A DNA stretch of 57,410 nucleotides from Patescibacteria group bacterium (GCA_041660165.1 JBAZWW010000007.1:1-57410); one strand, 5' to 3'. Counted from the first letter of the stretch, positions 34,573 through 44,198 are shown. Notes: generated by a model not told the origin, from the letters alone. A program made the numbers and translations.

Positions 34573-36843
34573 ATGTCCACCCTCCTCATTGTTGAGTCTC
34601 CTACCAAGGCCAAAACCATTAACAAATTCTTGGGATCAAAATACAAAGTGATCTCCTCCTTTGGCCACATCAGAGATCTGCCGGAACGCGAAATGGGCGT
34701 AGACGTTAGCCATAATTTCAAACCAACATACATTGTTCCTGATGACAAAAAGGATAAAGTAAAAGCGCTCAAGGACGCAGCCAAGGACGCCACAGAAATC
34801 TACTTGGCAACTGACGAAGACCGCGAGGGAGAAGCCATCGCCTGGCACATTGCGGAAGTCCTCAAGATGAATGAGAAGACCGCCAAGCGGATAACTTTTC
34901 ATGAAATCACCAAGTCCGCCATTGAGCACGCTCTTGAACAATCCCGCCATTTGGACATGAACATGGTGGACGCTCAGCAGGCGCGCCGAATTCTGGATCG
35001 CCTTGTGGGGTATGAGCTGTCACCGCTTCTATGGAAAAAGGTTCGCAGGGGACTGTCCGCCGGCCGGGTGCAGTCCGTAGCAGTGAAACTCGTCGTAGAG
35101 CGCGAACGAGAACGCCTAGCTTTCAAAACGGACGAGTACTGGTCTATTGAGGCCGACTTTGAAAAAGGCGGGCATCTTTTCCCAAGCAAACTCATTGGTA
35201 TTGGCGAGCGAAAAATCGACAAACTCGACATCAAGAATGAGGCTGAAGCCAAAAAGATTGTTGAGGACGTGACCGGTGCCAACTTCATCGTAACCTCCGT
35301 TGAGGAAAAGGACGCGGCCAAGAAACCGCCCACGCCTCTCACCACTTCCACTCTTCAACAAGAGGCCTACAACCGCCACGGCATGAGCGCTAAGCAGACC
35401 ATGACCATTGCGCAAAAACTGTATGAGACCGGCCTCATCTCTTACATGCGTACAGACTCGCTCAATTTGAGCACGCAGTTCTTAGAGGCGGCCCAATCCT
35501 ACATTAAGAAGGAGTTCGGAAACGAGTACGCGCTTGGTTCCGTGGCGTATCACACCAACAAAAAAGGCGCCCAAGAGGCCCACGAAGCTATCCGCCCAAC
35601 GGACGTAAATACCTCGCCAGACACCGTGACTGAGAAGCTCGACCCCGGGATGGCGAAGTTGTATGACCTCATTTGGCGCCGAACCGTTGCCTCACAGATG
35701 CCGTCAGCCAAGATCCGCAGAACCGCCATTGATCTCACGGGCAATGAACACACCTTCCGCGCCAACGGATCCACAGTGGTGTTTGACGGCTACATGAAGG
35801 TTTGGCAGGCCTCAGAGGACAAACTCCTCCCCACGCTCGCCAAGGGCGATGACATTGGCAAGGCAAAGGAAATCAAGCCCGAACAGCATTTTACAGAACC
35901 GCCAGCCCGCTATTCTGACGCCTCGCTCATCAAAATTCTCGAAGAACACGGCATCGGCCGTCCATCCACGTACGCGCCTACGCTCGCCACCATTGAAAGC
36001 CGGGAATACGTGTTGCGTGATGACAACAAGCGTCTCTATCCATCAGACATCGCCATGATCGTCACAGATTTGCTGGCCGAGCATTTCCCGCAAATAGTTG
36101 ATTACGAATTCACGGCCAAGATGGAAAAACAGTTTGATGATATTTCCGAAGGCCAAGAATCCTGGACAAAAGCCATTGGCGATTTCTATACCCCGTTCCA
36201 TAAATTAATCGAGGAAAAAACCGCAGATCTCTCGCGCTCGGACGTGATGAAAGAGCGCTCGCTCGGCACTGATCCGGTAAGCGGTCTTGAGGTCATTGCC
36301 CGGAACGGTCGCTTTGGCCCGTTCGTCCAGCTTGGACCCGTGACAGATGATGTAAAGCCTAAGCGGGCATCTCTTGAAAGGCATCAGGCGCTTGAAACCA
36401 TCACCCTGGCTGATGCCATGAAGCTCTTTGTCCTCCCCCGCTCCCTTGGCCAGCATCCTTCGGGCTATGAAATCATTGCCAACACCGGACGTTTTGGCCA
36501 CTACCTCAAATGCGGAGAAATGAACATCTCGCTCCCCATGGGCTTTGACCCCAAGACCATCACCCTTGAACAGGCCATTGAACTCTGCACCACGGGCGTA
36601 GCCAAAAAGACGCAGATGATGACACCCATCGCAGAACTCGGCGAAGACCCGGCCACAAAAAGCAAAATCCTGGTCAAAGACGGGCGCTACGGACCATACA
36701 TCACGGACGGCAAAACAAACGTCACCGTGCCAAAAGACATGGATCCAAAAACGGTTACCAGGGAGCTGGCGATTACGATGCTCGAAAAGAAAAGAAAAGC
36801 GCCAAAGCGCAAATGGGGCAAGAAAAAACAAACCGAGGATTAA
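34573..36843 (+). CDS. topA: DNA topoisomerase I (zinc-ribbon-free, GRxGP(Y/F)-repeat C-terminus)
   Basis: Start MSTLLIVESPTKAKTINKFLG (Toprim). Active-site region YMRTDS. C-terminal repeats GRFGPFVQLG, GRFGHYLKCG, GRYGPYITDG, with no CxxC pairs. The ORF-track start at 34366 runs through hairpins A/B and is rejected. Confidence 0.93.
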   Translation: MSTLLIVESPTKAKTINKFLGSKYKVISSFGHIRDLPEREMGVDVSHNFKPTYIVPDDKKDKVKALKDAAKDATEIYLATDEDREGEAIAWHIAEVLKMNEKTAKRITFHEITKSAIEHALEQSRHLDMNMVDAQQARRILDRLVGYELSPLLWKKVRRGLSAGRVQSVAVKLVVERERERLAFKTDEYWSIEADFEKGGHLFPSKLIGIGERKIDKLDIKNEAEAKKIVEDVTGANFIVTSVEEKDAAKKPPTPLTTSTLQQEAYNRHGMSAKQTMTIAQKLYETGLISYMRTDSLNLSTQFLEAAQSYIKKEFGNEYALGSVAYHTNKKGAQEAHEAIRPTDVNTSPDTVTEKLDPGMAKLYDLIWRRTVASQMPSAKIRRTAIDLTGNEHTFRANGSTVVFDGYMKVWQASEDKLLPTLAKGDDIGKAKEIKPEQHFTEPPARYSDASLIKILEEHGIGRPSTYAPTLATIESREYVLRDDNKRLYPSDIAMIVTDLLAEHFPQIVDYEFTAKMEKQFDDISEGQESWTKAIGDFYTPFHKLIEEKTADLSRSDVMKERSLGTDPVSGLEVIARNGRFGPFVQLGPVTDDVKPKRASLERHQALETITLADAMKLFVLPRSLGQHPSGYEIIANTGRFGHYLKCGEMNISLPMGFDPKTITLEQAIELCTTGVAKKTQMMTPIAELGEDPATKSKILVKDGRYGPYITDGKTNVTVPKDMDPKTVTRELAITMLEKKRKAPKRKWGKKKQTED

Positions 36844-36855
36844 ATCCTCGGTTTT
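36833..36855. terminator. bidirectional hairpin CCGAGGAT-TAA-ATCCTCGG + TTTT containing both convergent stop codons
   Basis: The topA TAA (36841..36843) forms the loop. The stop of the convergent gene (36840..36842) overlaps it in the palindrome TTAA. Confidence 0.6.
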
Positions 36856-37850
36856 GCTTTTGTGTATGACTTGAGCGCCTTGCTGGAAATTTCCTCCTGC
36901 GTGTGTGCGTCAAGGAACAAGAGATGGAAGCCGTCACTCTTCCGCACAGGAATTACCGCCAGCTTGCCAACAGCTCCCTCCGTAAACCACAGGCGGAGCA
37001 AGCCATCATTCTGCACCGCCTCCTGGGCCAAGCGACGGGCAAAGAGATCAATAGAAAGTTCGTCATCCACGCCGTGATAGCCGTACAGCCGTGGATTATC
37101 CACAATAATTCTTGCCAGCGTCTGGGTAATCCCATCCCCCGGCTTCACGATCGCCTTTTCAAAGTGCTCGGGAATTAAGACCGAATGATCGCCTGTCTCC
37201 GTATTGGTCATCCTGCGCGCTAACGAGGAATCTGATTGCACGCGATCACTCTTAGAAATCTCCTTCAGCTCATGCACGGCATCATCCGCAGAAAACGCCG
37301 AAAGCGCATCATCAATCCGCAATCGGAGATCAGTAATTGTCAGCGTATCCATGGTTGGCATCGCATCCCAGAGAGCTAGCGTGGCATACGCATATGCTCG
37401 GGCGCGCAAAATTTCACCAAGCGCCAGAAGCCCGTTATACGCACGCTCCTTTTTGTTTGCGCCAACGGGAAAAACAAGCTTGCCCGCGCGCTGAGCAAAC
37501 GCCGTTGCCACCGCCTCTCGGGCTCGATCAGGGGAAACGGCGCTAGAAACAATGACCGTTTGGGCATGCAAAGCGTGGCGCCCGGCTGTCTGGCGCAATT
37601 TCGCAAAGGCCGGATTGCTCGCCCCGCCCTTCACGGCATTCTCAAGAATCTTGGCCATAGCCCGCCCGCAGTCATCGTCCGCTTTCACCCTCTGCTCCTC
37701 CGCCTCAACCCAAAGTTTTTGCAGACTTGCCATGATCCGGCTCCTGTTCGCAGGCTCCAAAGAACGCAAAGCTTCTACGCGCTCCGCCATCCGCTTTGAC
37801 CGCTCATGGAGAGCGTCGTATTCAATCGCGTGATTGTTGAGCTTCGTCAT
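36840..37850 (-). CDS. hypothetical protein (336 aa), third gene of the orphan operon
   Basis: ATG at 37850..37848 overlaps the upstream TGA (ATGA coupling). The ORF-track start at 37892 is less likely. No TM helix or signal peptide. No recognised family, apart from a weak LysM-like stretch IVKPGDGITQTLARII. Confidence 0.6.
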   Translation of the reverse strand: MTKLNNHAIEYDALHERSKRMAERVEALRSLEPANRSRIMASLQKLWVEAEEQRVKADDDCGRAMAKILENAVKGGASNPAFAKLRQTAGRHALHAQTVIVSSAVSPDRAREAVATAFAQRAGKLVFPVGANKKERAYNGLLALGEILRARAYAYATLALWDAMPTMDTLTITDLRLRIDDALSAFSADDAVHELKEISKSDRVQSDSSLARRMTNTETGDHSVLIPEHFEKAIVKPGDGITQTLARIIVDNPRLYGYHGVDDELSIDLFARRLAQEAVQNDGLLRLWFTEGAVGKLAVIPVRKSDGFHLLFLDAHTQEEISSKALKSYTKAKPRI

Positions 37851-40237
37851 ACTTTCTTTTTTGATTGAACCCAAGTACGGAGCGCACTGCATTCTTTTTC
37901 GGACAAGGTATTTGATAAATGGTTTATGATCTCCGCAGGAATTTCTATTCCTGAGGTATCCGCCGCCGCCAACAGCGCGCCGATTTCTTCAGCTTCAGTG
38001 CCAAGATCGTCGGGCTCTAACAAATCTGGTTCCCAAATAGAACTCGGCTCTCCGCGCTTCAACACATATGTCCACGCGCGCGACAACGATTCGCGCAATG
38101 ATGACCCAAGCGGAGGAGCTTTAGGATGAGGCTGGCTGATCTTCTCAAGATTCGGCGGTACCTCGCCTCCAAGCATCCCCTCAGAAGGTTCTTTGAGGTA
38201 ATGGTCGGGAACAGCATTTGGCGTCTTCCTTCCTTCTTGCTCTGCTATAAATTCATCAACATCGCCTTCAATTTCCGCTTCAACTGCAGGCCTCTCAGTG
38301 GGCATCTCCTCTACAGCCCCCTCAATCATGTCCTCACTCACAATCTCAAACAAATTATTCGCCGTTCGTACTAGCTCATTCCCCTGGCTCAAAAGAGCCT
38401 GCACGGCGGTCTCTCCCGCTGATTCTTCATACTTCTTTTTCGCCTGAGCAAGTTCCGTCAAACAATCCACAAGTGCTCCTGCAATTTTCTCATTATCAGG
38501 CTTGGGCTGATCCGCATCATCAAAAAGAGCAAAGATTCGTGTATCAAGCTGTTTCAGCTCTTCCTGATACACCTCATACGGCGTTGCCTCAGCTTCAGGA
38601 TTTTCTTCATAATCTGCATCAATGCGCGCATCCTCCAAAACCTCAATCGCCTTGATTTTCTTTTCAACTGTATCAAGCCTAACCGCAAGAGCATCCGGAT
38701 CCTTATACTTATCGGTGTTCGAGTCTTCAGCAAACTCTTCATCAAACAGCGCAATATCATCACGCAAGCGCTTGAGAAGATTCACCACTTCTCGCCTGGC
38801 CTCTGGACCATCATTAGCCATCTGCGCATAGATCCGCGCCCGCTCCTCAAAACCGCGCAGATCGTTATTCGCTTCAACGTCCGCATCAGTCGCCTCTTCA
38901 GCCTCCTCCCCAGCTTCTTCCCCTGCAATCGGCGCCATTCTTTCACTCGAGTCGTCAACAGGGGAGCGTGCCTCCGTCCGAGGTGTGGAAGCCGTCCCTA
39001 TCCGCCGTGCATACTCTCTCTCAAGAGCAGTCTGACGAGCCTCCAATTGCGCCAGCTCCGCCAGCAATGAAACAGCGTCAGCAAAATCTGCTATCCGGTA
39101 ATGGATCTCTTCGCCTTGATGACGCAATTCAGATAAACTGCGGGAAAAATCCTTATCGCGCCAGAAATCCTCCAAATCCCCGCCCTCAAGGTCTTCAATC
39201 TTTCTGCGGAGCTGTGCAATACGATTCTTGGCCTCCCGCTCAACTGCCGTTCCCTCCAAACGATTACTCGGACGTTCTTTAGGCTTCTCCTCTGTCGGTG
39301 ATTCTTTCTTCGGCTCCGGTTGTTTCTCCGTCGGCGCAGGCTTCTCTTGTTTTGGCTTCTTCTCTCTGGGCTCAGCAGGAAGGCTATCCTTCAATGCACC
39401 AAGTCCAGAAAACGGAGAATTGATAGCTGGCGCTTTCTTTTCCTTTCCTTTCGGCTGTTCTGATGGCTCAGGTTCCACGGGCGCCACCCGCTCTCTTGCT
39501 TCCGCCTCCGCAGCTCGTTGCGATCTCTCTGAATCGGCCTTGGCATTCTCACTATTTTGTCGCTCCGTCTCCCTCTGAATTCTTGCCTGATCTAATCGAG
39601 CAAAAAATCTCGGAACAGCGTTTTTACTTTTTCTCCAAATCATTTCAGCCAGAGTCTCTTTCACGCGAGTAAAATCCGCCGAATCAATCGGCGAGCGATA
39701 ATATTCATCAATTAAACTCTTCAAATTTGCCAAAACTTCCTCCGGCGTTGCCCCCAGCTCCTCCATGGCCGTTTTCTTAAAAAGCTTCGCTCTCTCTGCT
39801 GGATCAGAAATCACATCCAGCATGTCCGTGATGACCCGGACGTTCTCCTGCACCGTTGCTTCCGCAGGTAATACTGGCGTTCTGACCGGCTCAGGCTGAG
39901 GCTCTTCAGCGGGTTTCAACCGTTCTTGGAGGGCCACAGTTCCCTCCCTAAATACCTCAATTGTTTCAACAATCTCCACCGTCCGCTCGTCAGAAAAATA
40001 CTTATGATTTTCTGCAAACCAATCATCAAGCTTAGCTAAATCAATCAACAGCCGATCAGCCATTGCTAGAGCGTTCTCTGCCGAGTTCTTTGACTGAGAT
40101 AAATGAATCACCGCTTCATATCGCTCATCAATAGCCACCAGCCGGTCTTCAAATCCCCGCACAATCTTCTCACGCTCAATCACAAATTCTTCCTCTGATG
40201 GAAAAATAACGTCTTTTTTTCCCTTGTTCTTTGCCAT
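37847..40237 (-). CDS. hypothetical large acidic helical protein (796 aa) with a Pro/Glu/Lys-rich linker
   Basis: Long clean ORF, Glu/Asp-rich with predicted helical repeats. Low-complexity EPSEQPKGKEKK...KQEKPAPTEKQPEPKKESPTEEKPKERP segment (about 39230..39480). No Walker motif, TM helix or signal peptide seen. Confidence 0.65.
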   Translation of the reverse strand: MAKNKGKKDVIFPSEEEFVIEREKIVRGFEDRLVAIDERYEAVIHLSQSKNSAENALAMADRLLIDLAKLDDWFAENHKYFSDERTVEIVETIEVFREGTVALQERLKPAEEPQPEPVRTPVLPAEATVQENVRVITDMLDVISDPAERAKLFKKTAMEELGATPEEVLANLKSLIDEYYRSPIDSADFTRVKETLAEMIWRKSKNAVPRFFARLDQARIQRETERQNSENAKADSERSQRAAEAEARERVAPVEPEPSEQPKGKEKKAPAINSPFSGLGALKDSLPAEPREKKPKQEKPAPTEKQPEPKKESPTEEKPKERPSNRLEGTAVEREAKNRIAQLRRKIEDLEGGDLEDFWRDKDFSRSLSELRHQGEEIHYRIADFADAVSLLAELAQLEARQTALEREYARRIGTASTPRTEARSPVDDSSERMAPIAGEEAGEEAEEATDADVEANNDLRGFEERARIYAQMANDGPEARREVVNLLKRLRDDIALFDEEFAEDSNTDKYKDPDALAVRLDTVEKKIKAIEVLEDARIDADYEENPEAEATPYEVYQEELKQLDTRIFALFDDADQPKPDNEKIAGALVDCLTELAQAKKKYEESAGETAVQALLSQGNELVRTANNLFEIVSEDMIEGAVEEMPTERPAVEAEIEGDVDEFIAEQEGRKTPNAVPDHYLKEPSEGMLGGEVPPNLEKISQPHPKAPPLGSSLRESLSRAWTYVLKRGEPSSIWEPDLLEPDDLGTEAEEIGALLAAADTSGIEIPAEIINHLSNTLSEKECSALRTWVQSKKKV

Positions 40238-40239
40238 AC

Positions 40240-40563
40240 TTATTCTTTGGCGCCTTCAAGCTTATCAATCTCCCGCTCAATTGCATCCATAGCGTGGCTG
40301 GCTGAGGTTTGGTTGTGCGAGTGCGCAAATTGTTTGCGGAGATCTTCAGCCTTCAAGGCCAAAATAACATCCTCAGCCTCATCAAATACTTCACGGCTCA
40401 TGTGAGAAAGCAACATGTCCCGAAAACGCGCCAGCTCCTCAAGCGTCATATAAGGCACCAGCTCTGCCCAAGCACACTTCTCTTCATCCGGTAACGGGCA
40501 ATCAGAAACCAGGCGCGACAATTCCACGCCAAAATCTTTTGCCGTCTGCAGAGCATCCACCAT
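40240..40563 (-). CDS. hypothetical small helical protein (107 aa), first gene of the orphan operon
   Basis: Its stop lies 2 nt before the next start. No family recognised. Confidence 0.5.
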   Translation of the reverse strand: MVDALQTAKDFGVELSRLVSDCPLPDEEKCAWAELVPYMTLEELARFRDMLLSHMSREVFDEAEDVILALKAEDLRKQFAHSHNQTSASHAMDAIEREIDKLEGAKE

Positions 40564-40645
40564 AGCTCTCGCATTATACCGCAGAATCTCTCCCCCGCCG
40601 GGGCTTTACGGGAACAACTCCGGGCAGTATGGTAAATTTGCTCGT

Positions 40646-42124
40646 ATGAAAGAAATTACGTTTGCGGAACTGAGAGACACGCTTGATGCCCGGTATACGG
40701 CCGAAGACGTTCGTTTGATCGAACGGGCTTTTGCGTATGCCAAAATGGCGCATGAAGGCCAAACTCGCCACACGGGCGAGCCGTACTTTGTCCACTGCGC
40801 CACCGTTGGCAAAAAACTCGCCGCCTTGAAACTGCCAAGCGAAGTCATCGCCGCTGGTCTATTGCATGACGTACCGGAAGACACCACAAAAACCCTTGCA
40901 GACCTGGAAGCCGAGTTCGGCAAAGACATTGCCGGCATGGTTGGTGCCATTACCAAACTCGGCAAAGTAAAATACAGGGGCGAAGAACGCTACGCAGAAA
41001 ATTTGCGCAAAATGTTCGTGGCCATGGCGGAAGACGTGCGCGTTATTTTCATCAAGTTCGCTGACCGCATGCACAATCTGGAAACGCTCTACGCGCTTCC
41101 GGAAAGCAAGCGTCAGCGCATTGCCAAAGAGGTCATGGAAATCTACGCGCCGATTGCCAACCGGCTTGGCATGGGTGAATACCGCGGAGGTTTTGAGGAT
41201 TATGCCTTCAAATATTTAGAGCCAAAAGAATACAGCTGGACTCAGCATTTGCTTGAAGAACGCGTGAAGAAATTCGGTCCCGCGCTTGAGCGCTCGCTCC
41301 ACGATGTTGATGTCGAGCTAAAAAAACACGGCGTAGTAGACGCTGACGTTCATGGCCGGGTAAAACACTCGTACAGCCTCCACAAAAAACTCGGGCGCTA
41401 CAAAAATGACATTGGTAAGGTCCATGACATTGTGGCCCTTCGAGTAGTTGTAAAGGACATTCCAGAATGCTACGCCGTACTTGGCGTGCTTCACGGTATG
41501 TACACGCCGTTGCCTGGCCGGATCAAAGACTACATTGCCCAACCAAAGCCCAACGGCTATCAGTCGCTCCACACAACCGTCTTCGACAACGAAGGCTCTA
41601 TTCTGGAGTTTCAAATCCGCACGATTCAGATGCATGAGGAAAATGAATACGGCGTGGCCGCCCACTGGCGCTACAAGGAGCACCCCGATGCCAAGTCCCG
41701 GCAGGTCGAATGGATGGAAGAGCTCGCCGCCATTCAAAAGGAACTATCGACCAGCGACTTCATGCAACATTTGAACGAGCTCAAACTCGACATGTTTCAT
41801 GACCGCATTTTCGTTTTTACTCCTCGTGGTGACGTAATCGATCTTCCCGAAGAATCAACCTCGATTGATCTCGCGTATGCCATTCACTCGGAAATCGGCA
41901 ACAAGGCCGTACAAGCCCGCGTGAACGGCGAAATCACATCTCTTTCAACGCCTCTCAAATCCGGCGATCTGTGCGAAATCATCACAGATAAAAATCGAAA
42001 GTATCCAAATGAAGACTGGTTGAAGTTTGTAAAAACAAGACATGCTCGAGAGAAGATAAAAGACGCTTTGAAGGACTCCAAGACGGGTATTATTTCGAGT
42101 TTGATTAAGAAGTATAGGGGGTAA
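40646..42124 (+). CDS. rel: bifunctional RelA/SpoT-family (p)ppGpp synthetase/hydrolase, short form (HD + synthetase + TGS only)
   Basis: HD motif HDVPEDT. Synthetase region DIVALRVVV...YIAQPKPNGYQSLHTTV...EFQIRT. TGS region IFVFTPRGDVIDLPEESTSIDLAYAIHSEIG. The protein ends about 60 aa after TGS. Confidence 0.9.
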   Translation: MKEITFAELRDTLDARYTAEDVRLIERAFAYAKMAHEGQTRHTGEPYFVHCATVGKKLAALKLPSEVIAAGLLHDVPEDTTKTLADLEAEFGKDIAGMVGAITKLGKVKYRGEERYAENLRKMFVAMAEDVRVIFIKFADRMHNLETLYALPESKRQRIAKEVMEIYAPIANRLGMGEYRGGFEDYAFKYLEPKEYSWTQHLLEERVKKFGPALERSLHDVDVELKKHGVVDADVHGRVKHSYSLHKKLGRYKNDIGKVHDIVALRVVVKDIPECYAVLGVLHGMYTPLPGRIKDYIAQPKPNGYQSLHTTVFDNEGSILEFQIRTIQMHEENEYGVAAHWRYKEHPDAKSRQVEWMEELAAIQKELSTSDFMQHLNELKLDMFHDRIFVFTPRGDVIDLPEESTSIDLAYAIHSEIGNKAVQARVNGEITSLSTPLKSGDLCEIITDKNRKYPNEDWLKFVKTRHAREKIKDALKDSKTGIISSLIKKYRG

Positions 42125-42135
42125 ACAGCCATCAC

Positions 42136-42161
42136 AAAACCGCCTTATGAGGGGCGGTTTT
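42136..42161 (+). terminator. intrinsic terminator AAAACCGCC-TTATGAGG-GGCGGTTTT after rel
   Basis: 9-bp stem plus a T-run, 12 nt after the stop. Confidence 0.8.
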
Positions 42162-42206
42162 GGAGGACCCGGCCAATGGATCAGGAGTCTGTTGGCCGGG
42201 ACATAA

Positions 42207-42259
42207 ACAATAAGCTCCCCAACAGCTCCATCACTGGAGATATTGGGGAGTTTTATTGT
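42207..42259. repeat. nested long hairpin (ACAATAAGCTCCCCAA ... TTGGGGAGTTTTATTGT, inner CTCCA-TCAC-TGGAG)
   Basis: Read directly. One of several stems in the 340-nt convergent rel/parB spacer. Others are CCCGGCCAA..TTGGCCGGG (42168..42200), ACACCCGGGTGT (42286..42297) and CCCCCTCTT-TCC-AAGAGGGGG (42426..42446). Confidence 0.6.
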
Positions 42260-42465
42260 GACACCAGAAGGATTTGGCTTTCGCCACACCCGGGTGTTTC
42301 CATTACAACATGAGATTTTTATGGTGCCAAAAACTATCCACAAGCCGCCCAGTTATTCCACCTCTAGATCCTTCGCCTACGCTCAGGATCGAATGCGCGA
42401 ACCGTCCGGATCAGGATGGTGCGCTCCCCCTCTTTCCAAGAGGGGGCTACGGGGGAGTCGATGGC

Positions 42466-43389
42466 TCAGTCCCGCGCCAGTCTTTCAACAAGCGACTTCA
42501 AATCCTCCTTCGCATAAAAGTAGATCGAAACCTTCCCTCCCCCGTTTTGCATGTCGATCGTAACTTTCGTCCCGAACTTCTCGCGCAGTTCTGCTTCGAG
42601 TGCCCCCACGTTCGGGTCCTTCGCAAATCTCGCGCGCTGACGAGCTGATCCTGCTCTGGCTTCGACTTCACGAACCGTGATCCCGCCCTTCAGCAAGTCT
42701 TGAAAAAGCGCCTGTCGGCGAGAAAGCACCGGCTCAGCGAGCAAGGTGCGGGCATGGCTCTTCATGATTCGGCCGTCGATCAATGCCTGAAGCATTTCTT
42801 CGTCGAGCTCGAGTAATCGTAAAGCGTTCGCTACGGCCGGCCGGCTTTTTCCAACACGCTTAGCCACGTCTTCCTGGCGCAAATCAAAATCCTCAATCAA
42901 TGCTTTATAGGCCTGTGCTTCTTCAACCGCATTCAGGTCTGCGCGTTGAATATTTTCGATGAGTGCAAGCTCAAGCTTTGTGCGATCATCTTCCATTGGA
43001 CGGATCACGACAGGAATTTCTTTGAGACCAAGTCCTCTTGAGGCTCGCAAACGGCGCTCGCCAGCAATCAACTCATACTTCCCCGGCGAAAGTTCGGACA
43101 CGATCAACGGCTGAAGAATTCCGTGCTCGGCAATACTCGCCTCAAGTTCAGCCAGTTCCTCTGGTGCAAAATGCCGGCGCGGCTGGCGAGGGTTCTCGAC
43201 AATATCAGCAGGCGAGACCTGTTTGATGCGCAATTCCCCCTCCGTAGCGATGTCGATGGGTTCGGGAATGAATGCGGACGGTGCCGGCGCCGTAGGGGTC
43301 GATCCATGTATCGACCCCGCAGGAGTCGCGGACGGCATACTCAACAACGACCCCAGGCCTCTTCCCAATCCTCCTTTTGATTTGTTCAT
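42466..43389 (-). CDS. parB: chromosome partitioning protein ParB
   Basis: GLGRGLGSLL N-terminus, GERRLRASRGLG box, HTH region. Confidence 0.93.
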   Translation of the reverse strand: MNKSKGGLGRGLGSLLSMPSATPAGSIHGSTPTAPAPSAFIPEPIDIATEGELRIKQVSPADIVENPRQPRRHFAPEELAELEASIAEHGILQPLIVSELSPGKYELIAGERRLRASRGLGLKEIPVVIRPMEDDRTKLELALIENIQRADLNAVEEAQAYKALIEDFDLRQEDVAKRVGKSRPAVANALRLLELDEEMLQALIDGRIMKSHARTLLAEPVLSRRQALFQDLLKGGITVREVEARAGSARQRARFAKDPNVGALEAELREKFGTKVTIDMQNGGGKVSIYFYAKEDLKSLVERLARD

Positions 43390-43430
43390 ATATTCTGAGA
43401 AAGCGGGGTTTAAAACCTCGCTTTTGCGAG

Positions 43431-44198
43431 CTACTCGGTTTTCTCTCGTTCCAGAAACTCCCTGGCCAATCTCTCATATGCCTTGGCTGCCTTGCTGAGG
43501 GGGTCGTAATGGATGATGGACTTGCCGTAGCTCGGCGCTTCTGCCAGACGGATACTCCGAGGGATGACCGAGCGGAAGATCTTTCCAGGGAAATGCTTGT
43601 ACAACTCTTGTAAAACTTGGTTCGCCAAGTTTGTTCGAGGGTCAAACATCGTAATGACAGCGCCCATAACCGCCAGTTCCGGCTTGATGTTGGTTTTGAC
43701 GAGCTCTACGGTTTGCAACAACTGGCCAAGTCCCTCCAGGGCATAATACTCCGCCTGCACAGGCACAAGCACGCTGTCGCTAGCTACAAGTCCGTTGATC
43801 GTTAATAGGCCGAGTGACGGCGGGTTATCAATCAAGACGTAATCATAGTCCTCTTTCAAAGGTTCAATGGCATTCTGGAGTTTTCGTTCGCGGTTAAACT
43901 CATTGACGAGCTCTACCTGGCTTCCGGCGAGATCTGGATTGCCCGGCAAGAGAAACAAGCGCTCATGCGCCGTAGGAATAATCACCTCACGAATCGGTTT
44001 CTCTCCGGCAAGCACCTCATACGTTCCTGAAAGTTCAGCAGGAGAGAAGCCAAGCCCGCTAGTGGCGTTCCCCTGCGGATCAAGATCAATAAGCAAAACG
44101 CGCTTGCCGAAGTCAGCCAAAAACGCCGCCAGGTTCATGCTGGTGGTGGTTTTTCCCACTCCCCCTTTCTGGTTTACAACGGATACAACGTGCATCAT
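43431..44198 (-). CDS. parA: chromosome partitioning ATPase ParA/Soj
   Basis: Start MMHVVSVVNQKGGVGKTTT (deviant Walker A). The ORF-track extension to 44525 crosses two tRNA genes and is rejected. Confidence 0.92.
   Translation of the reverse strand: MMHVVSVVNQKGGVGKTTTSMNLAAFLADFGKRVLLIDLDPQGNATSGLGFSPAELSGTYEVLAGEKPIREVIIPTAHERLFLLPGNPDLAGSQVELVNEFNRERKLQNAIEPLKEDYDYVLIDNPPSLGLLTINGLVASDSVLVPVQAEYYALEGLGQLLQTVELVKTNIKPELAVMGAVITMFDPRTNLANQVLQELYKHFPGKIFRSVIPRSIRLAEAPSYGKSIIHYDPLSKAAKAYERLAREFLEREKTE

Noticed and set aside
36205-36831. 208-aa minus-strand ORF antisense to the topA 3' region
   Set aside because: It sits inside the conserved GRxGP(Y/F)-repeat C-terminal region of topA and looks like a shadow ORF.
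42243-42648. 106-aa and 124-aa plus-strand ORFs spanning the rel/parB spacer and the parB 3' end
   Set aside because: They overlap parB antisense and run through several hairpins. The translations are low-complexity with no motifs.
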